64,000 nt of DNA. It comes from Blepharisma stoltei ATCC 30299 (Eukaryota > Protista > Ciliophora). This document shows positions 26,762-37,956 of this stretch, in pieces (position 1 is the stretch's first letter; each line of letters opens with the position of its first letter). Under the pieces are notes generated by a model that was not told where the DNA came from, did no database searches, and saw nothing but the letters and a program-made list of their open reading frames with translations. The stretch spans positions 372,001 through 436,000 of the forward strand of contig CBFDEM010000003.1 in NCBI GenBank assembly GCA_965603825.1, in the 5' to 3' direction. The position numbers and the translations under genes are program-made.

Positions 26762-27166
26762 ATGGAACTTGAAGGACTTGTACCAAAATCTTTCCTTATC
26801 ATTGCAGGAATAGCAATTCTCTGCTGCTTGGCGAGGCCTGATTTTAACTTGCCGTTATTTGTATTTGCCTGGCTTATATGGTCTGAGCCTGACAAAGTAA
26901 TTTTTACTTAGACCCAAAGAATCAAGGTATTTTATTTAATGATAATCACCTTCATCGTCGATTTTATTTGGCTTTGCTACTGGGGATCAGTTTGGAATAA
27001 TGAAGTTGACTCAGGAAATTGGGAATCTGGAGTCCATCACTTTGTATTTGCCTTGTGCGTAATCAACTTTATTATTAAACTGGCTTCTATTGTTTTGGCT
27101 GGACTCACTGAAAAAGAAAATTTCAAGGAAAACCTCCCAAGCGTGCTAGGCCGCGTTTTAGGTTAA
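26762..27166 (+). CDS. Small multi-pass membrane protein (about 129 aa, AGTRAP-like)
   Basis: ATG at 26762 plus 15-nt intron 26897-26911 joins ORF 26939-27166. Three to four hydrophobic helices; RPDFN and D(F)IW motifs. Confidence 0.75.
26897..26911 (+). other. 15-nt intron GTAATTTTTACTTAG
   Basis: GT-AG ends, A at position 10; removes an in-frame TAG. Confidence 0.88.
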
Positions 27167-27715
27167 GAGTTCTTTTAAATAATCTTAAGCGTTAATAATA
27201 ATTCAAAATTGGGTTAAGTTAGTTTATAACAAAAAAGTTTGATCAATAAAGCTCCAATAGGGAAATCTAAATCCGTAGGCGAGAAGTATCAAGTTAGAAA
27301 CAGATAAAAGATAAAAAAATTTTAAAATAAAAATGAGAATAAAGATAATTGCATGTCTAGCTCTCAAATAAAAGCAATTCAGAGGATATTTAATGATAAA
27401 TAATAAATATCATTTATGCAAACTATATTTTCATCTCAGATCTGAATTATTAAAAAATAAGGCTCGAATTGGCGTTCTATAAATCATAATGTATTTTAAT
27501 AAATATACACATATCAGACTAAATGTTTACAGATTTGGTTTAATAGAATTTAACTCATAACACTTTTAACAAAATCCGGAATTTTTATACCGACTTAAAT
27601 TTTTTAAACAGAAAATCTTTATTTCTTCTTCAATTGTTCACAATATAAATACCTTCAGATATCATGAAAAATCAATGAGCACAAAAAATAAGCCATTGCC
27701 CACGTGGAATAATAA

Positions 27716-29788
27716 ATGGCAGCTAACGAGGATATTGATATTGATGTCATCAGAGATAACGCTAGGAAAGGAGCTCTCAAACGAAACAAAAAGACCGCAA
27801 AAAGCAACTTTTATGCTTACTTAGTATTCGGTATTATTGGAGCAATTATGGGAATTGCAATCGGAATAATGGCCTTCAACCCTGAAATCCCACTCCACGA
27901 AGCCCCTGTAAATGATAAAGTTCTAATTGATGCTCAAAATTCCTTAAAACTTAACTTTACTCTCAAAGAAAACTCATATTTCAAAGATTGGAACCTTAGA
28001 GATGTAGCCCGAGCTTCACAAACTTATCATTCTCAGCAAGCAAAATTATTGGGTCCTTGTCAGACTTTCCTTGACAATACTGAACTTGTCCCTGACTATT
28101 ATGACGTCAGAGAAGAATTCCCTCATTGTACAGCTGACATTTACATACAAGGGAATTGCTCGTCATCACATGCATTAGCAGCTGCTTCAAGTTTAAGCGA
28201 AAGATTCTGCATTCATAGCAAAGGGGCTGTTATTGTGAATCTAGGAGGACAGGATTTAGTTTCTTGTGACAAAAATAATGATAAATGCGGGCAAGGAAAC
28301 ATTGACAGTGTTTGGATCTATATCAAAGATGTTGGACTTGTTGAAAACAAGGTATTCCCTTACACCTCTAAAGATTTAACTGCTCCTAGTTGCCCTGAAA
28401 AACTTGAGGGAACTACTTATAAAGCTAGTGAATTCTGCGCGAGTGCTACGGAAGCTGCCATTATGAGAGAAATAAAGAAGAATGGACCTGTAGTTGGATA
28501 TATGCATGTGCATACAAATTTCTTAGTCTATAGCAGTGGAGTTTATAAACCTCACATAGCTGCAGCTAAGATTAAAGGCGCCCATGCGGTAGAAATTTTA
28601 GGATGGGGAACTGACGATAACAAACAAGCATACTGGATTATTAAAAACAGTTGGGGAAGTGATTGGGGAGAAAAAGGCTATGCAAAGGTTGCGAGAAACT
28701 CTAAAGAACTTAGTCTTGAAGATTTCGTTGTTGCTGGAACTCCATTAATTAGTGAAGAGTTCAAGCCAAAAACTGCTAAAGTAGAAGATACCAAGAAAAA
28801 CGAGGATGTAGAAGATCTTAGTGCTCAAAGGAAAACTGAGCCTGAAGTTACTAAAATTGAAGAAAAACAAAAAGAGACAAAGTCAACGGAGCCAGTAAAG
28901 ACTGGAAGCAAGCCACAAGAAACCAAAACTTCAGAGCCAACCAAGACATCAGAACCAACTCCTGAGCAAGTTAAAACTCCTCAGCCAACTAAGACTCCAG
29001 ATCAGACTAAGAATCCTGAGCCAACTAAGACTCCAGAACAGGTTAAAACTTCTGAGCCAACTAAAACTCCTCAGCCAACCAAAGCTCCAGAGCCATCTAA
29101 GACTCCTGAGCCAGCTAAAGCTCCAGAGCCATCCAAGAGTCCTGAACCAACTAAAACTTCAGAGCCAACTAAGGCTCCTGAACCAGTAAAGCCTCAAGAA
29201 AAGGCTAAGACCCCAGAGCCTGCTAAAACTCCTGAATCTACTAAAACTCCTGAATCTACTAAAACTCCTGATCCAACTAAAGCTCCTGAATCAGCTAAAA
29301 CACCTGAGCCAGCTAAAGCTCCTGAATCAGCTAAAATCGTAGAGCCAACCAAAACTCAAGAGCCAGTTAAAGCCCCTGAGCCAACTAAAACTCCTGAACC
29401 AACTAAAACACCTGAATCAGCTAAAACACCTGAACCAACTAAAACCCCAGAGCCAACTAAAACACCTGAACCAACTAAAACCTCAGAGCCAACTAAGACT
29501 CCTGAATCAGCTAAAACTCCTGAGCCAGCAAAAGCTAAAACCCCAGAGCCTACAAAGATCCCAGAGTCAGCTAAAGTTCAAGAAAATGCTAAAGCTCCAG
29601 AGCCAACTAAAACTCCTGAGCCAACTAAAGCTAAAACCCCAGAACCTCCAAAAGCTCCTGAAGCTCCTAACTCATCTAAGACTCCTGAACAAAAACAGCC
29701 TGAGCCACCTAAAGTTGAAAAACAAGAACAAAAAGCCCCTGAGCCAGCTAAAGAAAGCCAGCCAACTCCTCCACCACAGCAATCCTAA
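27716..29788 (+). CDS. Cathepsin B-like (papain C1A) protein with catalytic Cys replaced by Ser, N-terminal TM anchor and long PEPTKT repeat tail
   Basis: QGNCSSSH in place of QGxCGSCW. QDLVSCD, GAHAVEILGWG and YWIIKNSWGSDWGEKGY are retained. Confidence 0.88.
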   Translation: MAANEDIDIDVIRDNARKGALKRNKKTAKSNFYAYLVFGIIGAIMGIAIGIMAFNPEIPLHEAPVNDKVLIDAQNSLKLNFTLKENSYFKDWNLRDVARASQTYHSQQAKLLGPCQTFLDNTELVPDYYDVREEFPHCTADIYIQGNCSSSHALAAASSLSERFCIHSKGAVIVNLGGQDLVSCDKNNDKCGQGNIDSVWIYIKDVGLVENKVFPYTSKDLTAPSCPEKLEGTTYKASEFCASATEAAIMREIKKNGPVVGYMHVHTNFLVYSSGVYKPHIAAAKIKGAHAVEILGWGTDDNKQAYWIIKNSWGSDWGEKGYAKVARNSKELSLEDFVVAGTPLISEEFKPKTAKVEDTKKNEDVEDLSAQRKTEPEVTKIEEKQKETKSTEPVKTGSKPQETKTSEPTKTSEPTPEQVKTPQPTKTPDQTKNPEPTKTPEQVKTSEPTKTPQPTKAPEPSKTPEPAKAPEPSKSPEPTKTSEPTKAPEPVKPQEKAKTPEPAKTPESTKTPESTKTPDPTKAPESAKTPEPAKAPESAKIVEPTKTQEPVKAPEPTKTPEPTKTPESAKTPEPTKTPEPTKTPEPTKTSEPTKTPESAKTPEPAKAKTPEPTKIPESAKVQENAKAPEPTKTPEPTKAKTPEPPKAPEAPNSSKTPEQKQPEPPKVEKQEQKAPEPAKESQPTPPPQQS
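28880..29760 (+). repeat. Coding minisatellite with 18-bp units encoding PEP(T/A)K(T/A) hexapeptides
   Basis: Dozens of imperfect cctgagccaactaaaact-like units. Confidence 0.9.
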
Positions 29789-29994
29789 TAAGATAAACAA
29801 TAAAATAATTCTGAATTTCTTAACCTGGAAGCTATTTTTTACACAATAAACCCTCTTTTCTTGTAAATTACTATAAAAAAACTAATCCCTAGCTCTTCTC
29901 TTACAAATTAAAAACCTGAAAATGGTAATTACTTCTCTTATTCTAATTCGAATATAAACTATTAAAAATTGAGCAAGTGTTGAATCAAATAAAT

Positions 29995-31626
29995 ATGATT
30001 TCTTTTCTTATTCTTCTAGTTTCCTCAGTCCAAGGCCAACTAGACTGCCAAACCTGCATGGTTGCCGCTCAAACTCTTCAATACCTCTTATCAAATTCTC
30101 AAGTCCAGTCATCTTTTAAGAGCTATGTGGCTGAGTTCTGCAGCTATTCATCAACCCCAACAGACTGTAACTCTATTGGAGCAGTAGGAATTCAAGAAGT
30201 CACTGATGTTTTGCAACGAAGAATTGTCAACCCAACCTATCTTTGTTCTGGACTTGGAATATGCTCGTCAGCTTCATATGTTCCTGAAGACTTTGACATT
30301 TGGGCACAAAAAATATTATTCAATACTCCTGCACATCAGATCCCTGTTAGAACTACCAGCTATTTGTATTTTGCGCAGATCTCAGATGTAAGGCTTGATT
30401 TGAACTATTTTTCAGGGAAGTCGAATACCTGCTCATCTGGCCCGTGCTGTCGAGAGGGGACACCTACAAGCACTAGTCAAATTGCAGGTACTTATGGAGA
30501 CTATAACTGTGATTTACCATTGTCTACTTTCAGAATGGCGCTTGATTCTATACTAGCTAGCAAGCCAAGCTTCATTATTTGGAACGGTAATAGTGTTACT
30601 CATGATCTAACCTTATCCATAACTGACCGGCTTAATACGATAAAAACAGCTACCCAAGAAATTTTAAACAAGTTTGACTCCTTCCTTTACCCAGTTTTCC
30701 CTATTTTTGGGCCTTTGGATTGCTATCCTGAGCATCAGTATGATTTTTCTGATGAAGCCACTCTTTTGAAAGGCCTTACAAGCTTATGGTCTATATGGCT
30801 TGGAAAACAAGCAGCAGCTCAGTTTTCCACAAATGGGACATATTCAGTTCAATATAAAAATACAAATTTGAGGATAATTGGGTTAAACACGATGTCATGC
30901 GATATAAATAATTTTTATTTGTTTGCAAATGTCACGGACCCAAGTGGGTATATTTATTGGTTGAATAATGAGCTAGAAAGTGCAGAGGTTAATGGATATA
31001 AAGTTTATATCATAGGAAACATCGCTCCAGGCTCAAGCTCATGTGTGAACAGCTGGAGCAAACATTATTCAGTATTAATGGAAAGATACCAGAACACTGT
31101 TATGGGACAATTTTTCGGGAACCAAAATAAAGACCAGTTCAGAATTAATACAGGCTATTTTTCAGGGAAGCCAACAGGAATCCAATTTACAGCCCCATCG
31201 TTATCTCCATATAAGAATACAAACCCGTCTTATAGAATATATCAGTCTGATAATCTGTCTAAAGTGGTATTAAACTACGTCCAATACAGGCTTGATTTAT
31301 CAGAAATTGCCCCTTCTTTTTCAGAAGCTTATGATTTCTTAAGCTATTATAGAACTGATGATATGCTACCGGCTACAATTTTTGAACTTGCCACAGAAAT
31401 GAAAGGCCAAGAGCTGCTCATGATGAAATATGCAGCTAATAGATATACAGATGGGCCAGATTCATTGGTAGGATGCAATGATCAATGCATCAATGACCTT
31501 TATTGTGAAATTACGAATGATAGACAAGAAAAAGTTGAGGAGTGCCAAGGAGTAGGGCAGTCTTTTAAAGAATTTGCACTGAATACTCTTTATGGAGAAT
31601 GGACTTATTTGGTGAAGAGCTCATAA
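29995..31626 (+). CDS. Acid sphingomyelinase-like protein (saposin B domain plus metallophosphoesterase fold) with degenerate metal ligands
   Basis: Signal peptide, CQTC saposin, CCR, YGDYNCDLP, NPSYRIY. Metal-binding motifs are altered (DVR, NGN, GPLD, GNIAP, GNQN). Confidence 0.85.
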   Translation: MISFLILLVSSVQGQLDCQTCMVAAQTLQYLLSNSQVQSSFKSYVAEFCSYSSTPTDCNSIGAVGIQEVTDVLQRRIVNPTYLCSGLGICSSASYVPEDFDIWAQKILFNTPAHQIPVRTTSYLYFAQISDVRLDLNYFSGKSNTCSSGPCCREGTPTSTSQIAGTYGDYNCDLPLSTFRMALDSILASKPSFIIWNGNSVTHDLTLSITDRLNTIKTATQEILNKFDSFLYPVFPIFGPLDCYPEHQYDFSDEATLLKGLTSLWSIWLGKQAAAQFSTNGTYSVQYKNTNLRIIGLNTMSCDINNFYLFANVTDPSGYIYWLNNELESAEVNGYKVYIIGNIAPGSSSCVNSWSKHYSVLMERYQNTVMGQFFGNQNKDQFRINTGYFSGKPTGIQFTAPSLSPYKNTNPSYRIYQSDNLSKVVLNYVQYRLDLSEIAPSFSEAYDFLSYYRTDDMLPATIFELATEMKGQELLMMKYAANRYTDGPDSLVGCNDQCINDLYCEITNDRQEKVEECQGVGQSFKEFALNTLYGEWTYLVKSS

Positions 31627-31686
31627 ATATAACTAAAATCATTGGATTTTTAAATAAATTATGCAAATTTTATTAAATAAATTAAA

Positions 31687-32070
31687 ATGGGAGACACAGA
31701 AATCATGCTTTTTCAAAATGAGGAATTAAGATATGAGAACAGCCAAGTATCTTTTGATATAATTGATTCTTCAGGCACAAAAATGCATAATGGATTAGGG
31801 AAATTTTGTATTACGACACAAAGGGTGTATTTCAGCAACTCTCAAGGAGTTTGGGAAAAGGCTTTAGAAGAAATCGGTGTTCATGCAATTTCTAGAGACC
31901 CAAGAAATTTTGGTGCACCTTGCTTGTATTGTCAACTTTTGGCTGAGGATATTTGCCAATGGATTTTTATTCCTCAAGATCAAAATGAGCTTAAGCCTAT
32001 GTTTGGTATTTTTACTCAATGTGTATCTAATGCACCATGTGAAAGCAGTCATATGGAAGAAGATTTATAG
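31687..32070 (+). CDS. CLNS1A: Methylosome subunit pICln (Voldacs domain)
   Basis: G.FCITT.RV, IGVHAISRD, PCLYCQL, FIP motifs. Confidence 0.85.
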   Translation: MGDTEIMLFQNEELRYENSQVSFDIIDSSGTKMHNGLGKFCITTQRVYFSNSQGVWEKALEEIGVHAISRDPRNFGAPCLYCQLLAEDICQWIFIPQDQNELKPMFGIFTQCVSNAPCESSHMEEDL

Positions 32071-32225
32071 AATTAAATTTTTTAAAGTAGACCTTTCCCA
32101 ATAATTCTTTATTTTATTTATTCAAATTTTAACTTATAATATCAAGAAAATAGAATTTAAATTGTAAAAACATCATTAATAATTATTTTTATGAATATAT
32201 ATTATTCTTAACACTGCAAAGACTA

Positions 32226-33947
32226 CTATTCATTTTCTTCTTTTGGCTTCTCCGTCTTCTGGTCCATAAACTTTTGTAAAAATGACTTAAACCCTCTTCC
32301 AATCGAGGCATAAGTTTCAACAGAAGGAGGAACATATTTTTCTTTGTCATACTTAATCAGCTCTTCTACATAGTCACTATTTGTCTCTAAACTATATAAA
32401 TCGGCATTCATAAATTTCTTATGTGTCATACCGCCAAATACCAAAATTCTTGTCCCGTAAGTACACATACAATGACTTCATCTGGCTTCAGGAATATTCC
32501 CATGAACCTGAACATTTTCCCATAATAGGTGCTCCACGTTAAAGATATATAAATCTCCTAGGCAGGAATCTCCAGTCTCTTTAAATAGCTGGTCATTTCT
32601 TCCTCCATATATAAATAATTTTTCACTCATAGAGCAGGCTGAGTGGCTATATCGAGGAGATGGCGGTTTTCCAAAATATTCAACTTCGCTTCATACTAGT
32701 TGGCCTTCACGGACATATAGTCCATGCAAAGCATTTATGGCGTGCCCATCCATATCGAGGCCTCCGAATAGATAAAATCCGCTGTTTAAGATATTGAGCT
32801 CTTGCTTAAGCTTTGGGACGTTGAACAGTAAAATATCAAAATTCGATTTCAAAGTCTCATTGAAAACGGCCGTAAAAGTACAATGAGATCTTGGGCCTGG
32901 GTCTCCATGGACTTTAACGTCGGGTAAGGACCATTCTTTATTCTTTATGTCAAATAGATAAAGATCTGCTAATGGATGCGAATATTGGTCAACTCCTCCA
33001 TATACCAGCATGCATTTCCCTAATATTGTGCAGGAATGATTCCTCCTTGGGCTTGGGGAAGATCCACCTCCATGATATCGTTGCCAATTCATAGTATCCA
33101 TACTGAGCACATAAATTTTACTTGAGCATCTTCTTATACCTAAGTTTTGACTGTGCCCAGTATATCCTCCAAAAGAAATCATTTTCCTCTTATATACAAC
33201 TAGTGAGCACCCCAGCCTTCCATTAGGTGTATAATTAGAATTTACCCTTCTTCATACCCCTGTAATCATATCTAGCTCATTTAAATCAGTCCGATTCAGC
33301 CTTGCCCCAAAAATATAAATTTTTCGGTTTATCACTACCAGTGTGCTACCTTCACTTGAGTTTGGTTTAGATCCCATTGTAGCCTTCAGACTTCAATGGA
33401 CCAAGGTCGTTTCTTTCCTCTTTTTCTCTTTGGGTGACTCATTACTCACTTTGGAAACATTTTTATTATTGTTCTGAGCTTTTTTCTCTGTATTTTGAGG
33501 AAGCAAAAGGGAATGAATATTAGACTTAGGGACGACTGAATCTCCTCGAAGCTGGTCTTGTAGGATTTTTGTGATTGAAACTGACTTCTGGCTTGATGCA
33601 GAAGGCAAAGAAAGCCTTGAGTTTAAAGATCGCATCCAATGAAGACCTTGCAAACGGTTGATATTTTCATCAAATGTGGGACTTAAAACTTTGCCTTGGT
33701 CACTTATATTGGATTTAAAGTCCACTAGAAGTTCATTAGTTGGGCTGATTTTTCCTGATAAGTTTGATGAATATGAAGAATTTTCAATGTGGGGACGGGC
33801 TGAGTGAACTGGAGAAGTGGGGACTCGAATTCTGAACTCTTTACGGGAGGTTACAAGAAGTTGGGTTTCTATTGACGGTGTATATGTGACTAATCGAAAA
33901 GGCACAACATCACTACCTTTCTTTTTTCTTATTTGACTTCTTTCCAT
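32226..33947 (-). CDS. Kelch-repeat protein with disordered N-terminus
   Basis: PSPRRNHS, VYGG, PSPRYSHS, FGG repeats. ORF pieces joined by TGA at kelch Trp positions. Confidence 0.85.
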
Positions 33948-34407
33948 ACTTAATAAAAAATTTATTAGATTTATGAAATGTAAAAGCGTTAAAAGTAGGC
34001 TAAATAATAAGGCCGATAAAAAAAATTCTAAGAAACATATTTAAAAATGGGAACTTCAATAAAGAAAGATAGGATTTGGCTAGGATTCAATTTTAATTTT
34101 TATTTTAATAAATGTTTTATAATTCTGCAGATAAATATATCTTTATTAATTTTTTGCATTAAATATCTTATTTTTATTGGAAAAAAATTTAATTTTAAGA
34201 AAATTGATTCTATATTCTCCCAACTGCAATTTTCCAATTTATTTTTTTTTCTTGTTTTCAATCTACATTTAATCTTTCAAATAATTATATATAAGTAAAA
34301 GGATGCAAGATACTCACATTTTCTGTGCTCAATCCCTATTCATAAGCTACCATACTTCTCAAACTTCCATTTATAACAAATTATTCAATTATTTTTACAA
34401 AATCATC

Positions 34408-35049
34408 ATGTCAATTGCAAAGCCAAATATTCTTTCCCAAATGCATCTATTTCACCAATACCAATTAAACAAATCAAAAATGCTCAAGAATCGCCAAAGT
34501 CTCATAGGCAATAACTATAAATCACTACCTCTATTAGAGTCTGCATCCAAAAAGCCCAAGATAAAATCTGAAAACGCAAGATCGAGGAGCAAATCTGTAT
34601 TAAAATCTCATTTCAATGGAAATGATAAAACAGCTGATGCTATTGAAGCCAATAGCTCAATTGAAAAACTTCCAATCTTTGTTCCTTCTAATCTGCTAAA
34701 ACCACCTATTCCAGACGAATCCCATCTTTCCAAAATGCGTCACAAGATCAAAAAAGCGATAGGAAATAGACAAAAGCGATTTCCAAGTGTAAAACTTAAA
34801 AGCAAATCTGAAATCTATGGAAAGCAGGATCAAAGTATTATTGCTGTGGCTAGAAAAATAGTCAATAGCAAGGAGTCTGTTAATAATATTGTGAAAGGAA
34901 TTAAAAATACAAATAATCAGAATTATGCATCTCATAATACAACAAATGTATCAATAAGCGCAAAGGAATTCCCTTGCGATGGAGAAGCAACTCACTCAAG
35001 TGTTTCAGATTTTGAAGATGATGTTTATTTTAAGTCTATTTATAATTAA
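34408..35049 (+). CDS. Hypothetical basic low-complexity protein
   Basis: Open frame. The ATG at 34408 follows an AT-rich leader; the upstream ATG at 34303 is less likely. Confidence 0.6.
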   Translation: MSIAKPNILSQMHLFHQYQLNKSKMLKNRQSLIGNNYKSLPLLESASKKPKIKSENARSRSKSVLKSHFNGNDKTADAIEANSSIEKLPIFVPSNLLKPPIPDESHLSKMRHKIKKAIGNRQKRFPSVKLKSKSEIYGKQDQSIIAVARKIVNSKESVNNIVKGIKNTNNQNYASHNTTNVSISAKEFPCDGEATHSSVSDFEDDVYFKSIYN

Positions 35050-35096
35050 TTTCCTAATACAAGCAGATTTAAAAGATTAAAATAAAGTAATTTACT

Positions 35097-36149
35097 TTAG
35101 AGTCTTGGCAATTGAAGTTTTCTCCCATTACTATTTATGAAATAAGGCATAATTGTTGTATCTCCTATAGAGATAATTGAGTCTGGGTTTCATTCAATTT
35201 TCTTTTGATTTTTGGTAATAAGTTTATTGTTTACTGCAGAATTGAAATTTGTAGGCTGATGCTTAATTAGCTGTGCTGCTAAGTTATATTCCATAATAAG
35301 CGATTCTCTATAGCTCATATGTATTCCTCTTCTGAATGCTTCTTTTGCAATTCTTAATGATAAAGGACATAGTTCGCTTATCCTTTTTAAAGTCTTAAGA
35401 CTTCAGTCACTCCCTACCAATTTCAACCTATAAATAATAATCTCCAAATTTAAATGCACATCAAAGCAATATCTCAATTCCTTCAAAACTGGTAATATTT
35501 TCGATTTATTTCTATCTGGATCTATATGATATTTTTCTAAAATTTCTATTAAATTCCCAGCACTTTGCATTTCTCTGATAATTTCTTTTTTATCTTTTTC
35601 TATATAGTATTCAGCAAATCCAAAAAGATAGCAATCAATACCATTAAGCCTTTCAGCAGCTAATGATAAATATAAACCTAGCTCTGAAGGGTTTACTCTG
35701 CTTAAAAAATGAGAAGCTCCTACGTCTGGGCAGTATCCTATAGAGCATTCAGGCATAGATCAAAGAGTTTTTGGAGTAGCGACTCTAATAGAGCAAGACC
35801 ATGCTAATCCAGCTCCACCTCCAAATGTGATACCATCCATGATAGCGATTCTTATAGTAGGAATTTGAGAAAAAGAATACCATAACTTAGACTCAGATTC
35901 AAAAATTTCTTCAACATCGACTTCACCTTTGGTCATAATCACTATATCTCCGCCTGCACTTAAAGCTCTGCCTTCACCATACCATAAGATATTTTTGTTT
36001 TCAAGCTTGGCTCTACGAGATAGTGAGTGTAAAATATTAAGCATTTCCATGTTGAAGGAGTTTAGAGATTCTGGACGATTCAGTTTGATGAAAAAGGTGC
36101 TATGGATTTCTTCATAGAGAATGAAAGAGCTATTTAAGGCAGATTCCAT
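35097..36149 (-). CDS. HIBCH: 3-hydroxyisobutyryl-CoA hydrolase-like (crotonase family), 350 aa
   Basis: LNRPESLNS, GRALSAGGD, MDGITFGGGAGL, W(TGA)SMPECSIGYCPDVG. In frame to TAA at 35097. Confidence 0.85.
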
Positions 36150-36254
36150 AAATTTTTATATAATGATAATGTGCTAATTAATTTTGTACAATAATTGCGC
36201 TTAATATATGAGAGCATTATAAAATGAAAAAATAATTAAACTTTAATGAATCGC

Positions 36255-37556
36255 TTAACTATAAGTGTTAACTAGTCTTAATTGTTTTGTTGAAAGATTA
36301 AATTCCCAGAGCTGATTTTGCAGAAGGATCATATATATGCAACCATGATATTCTATTACATAAGTTGTAGGATTAGCACCATGTTTAATGCTATTAGTAC
36401 CTATCAAGTTTCATTTATTAACATTATTCTCTTCACTTTCAAATATATTTCCACCTGTTTGTAGAATAAACGCTTTTTTGCATCCCTTAAACATTATTTT
36501 TAATACGTTTTGAGTCAAATTTAATCCGATAATATCACTATAATTGTTGTTTTTAGGACTGTATTTTATCATCTTGGTAAGATAATATCCTGTCAGTAAT
36601 ATTGCTTCATTAAATAAAACTGCTGCAGTTTGAGTAAAATTGAGACCAGCTGGAAGAGGAGCACAGTCTTCTCATGTATTAGATTTAAGGCAAAATCTTT
36701 GTGCCAAATTATTTCCTCCTCCTAATGCATACACAAATCCATCAAAATAAATTGGGTATAAATAAAGGCTCGGCTTAGAATTTGCAATTTGTTTGATATT
36801 TTTATTTTTATCTATGATAAATGTGTATCCAGATGATGAATTAGGGTTTGAGTAATAAAAAACACTTTTATCTGGTAAGATGCAGCTTGAAATTTGAAAG
36901 TGAATATTTTCTATAAGGTCAAGGTTGAATTTAGTTTCTTGAAATGTTTTTAAATTTATTTCCGATAACTCTTTATTACTATTTCCTTTAAAAAATATAT
37001 ATTTATCATCTTGTATCGAATTAATATTATGAAAAGGATCTATATTGGCATTAAAATAGGTACTAATATTCGAAACTAGAGACTCTGTTTTCGATATAAA
37101 ATTTGGGAAATATCATTTTTGAGCTTCAATATCAGCAGCAAAAGGTTCCATTTTCAAAACGCTTTCAGGGTCATTTTCTTTGCTCAAATCAAGTATTTCA
37201 TTAAATTCAGTCATCAAAGCAATTCTTGAAAATTTTTCTTCTAACTTGTCCAAGCTTTGTAGGGCCTTTTCTAAATTATTTTTCACAGATCCAATAATTT
37301 CTTTTGCGTCTAAAATAACGTTTTTCCTGTATTTCTGCAGGCCTTGCCTTAGTTCAGCAATTTTTTTCTGAATCAATATTTTAGTTTCAGCAGCAGGCGT
37401 ATAATATAATCTTAAGAATTGATGCCTTTTATCTCCAACTAAGGTTTGCATATGTTTAGTGCCGTGGATTTCACAAAATATGGTATAATCCTCGCTGCAA
37501 TCGCACTTGCCATATGGCTTACTTGAGCATCCAGACACAAAGCATTTGCTGGCCAT
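36255..37556 (-). CDS. Array copy 1: B-box-like Zn finger, coiled coil, kelch-like beta-propeller (433 aa)
   Basis: Intact with TGA=W. C-x4-C-x6-CxC-x7-C-x2-H-x3-H N-terminus; VYALGG...W kelch-like blades. Confidence 0.85.
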
Positions 37557-37767
37557 CTTTTGAGAATCTATAAAATTATTATGAAATATATTTAATTAAC
37601 TTGCAGACTCATGAATTAGTATTTATTATCACTCGTAGACGTTTTTAAATTTTGGCTCCGAGTTGCCTTACACTTCCTGAGGCCTGCTCACAGTTTTCCA
37701 CTTTATTATTTTGGATGTTTTCCAATGAGTAGTTGCAGTAGCTCTTCAACAGTTCTTTAATTCAAAG

Positions 37768-37855
37768 TTAGAGATTCTGGACGACTCAGTTTGATGAAAA
37801 ATGTGTTATGGATTTCTTCATAGAGAATGAAAGAGCTATTTATAGCAGATTCCAT
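37768..37855 (-). pseudogene. Short 5' fragment of HIBCH (about 90 bp)
   Basis: Near-identical to 36062-36149 and truncated. Confidence 0.85.
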
Positions 37856-37956
37856 AAATTTTTATATAATGATAATGTGCTAATTAATTTTTTCATTACT
37901 TGCGTTAATATATGATAGCATTATAAAATGGAAATAATTAAACTTTAATGAATAAC

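Noticed and set aside
28880-29760. Short periodic repeats resembling a CRISPR array or satellite
   Set aside because: No repeat-spacer structure; this is an in-frame 18-bp coding minisatellite in a eukaryotic gene.
34047-34298. 83-aa F/I/N/K-rich ORF (also 41513-41758 and 52983-53339)
   Set aside because: Composition of AT-rich intergenic DNA or an out-of-frame overlap; no motif.
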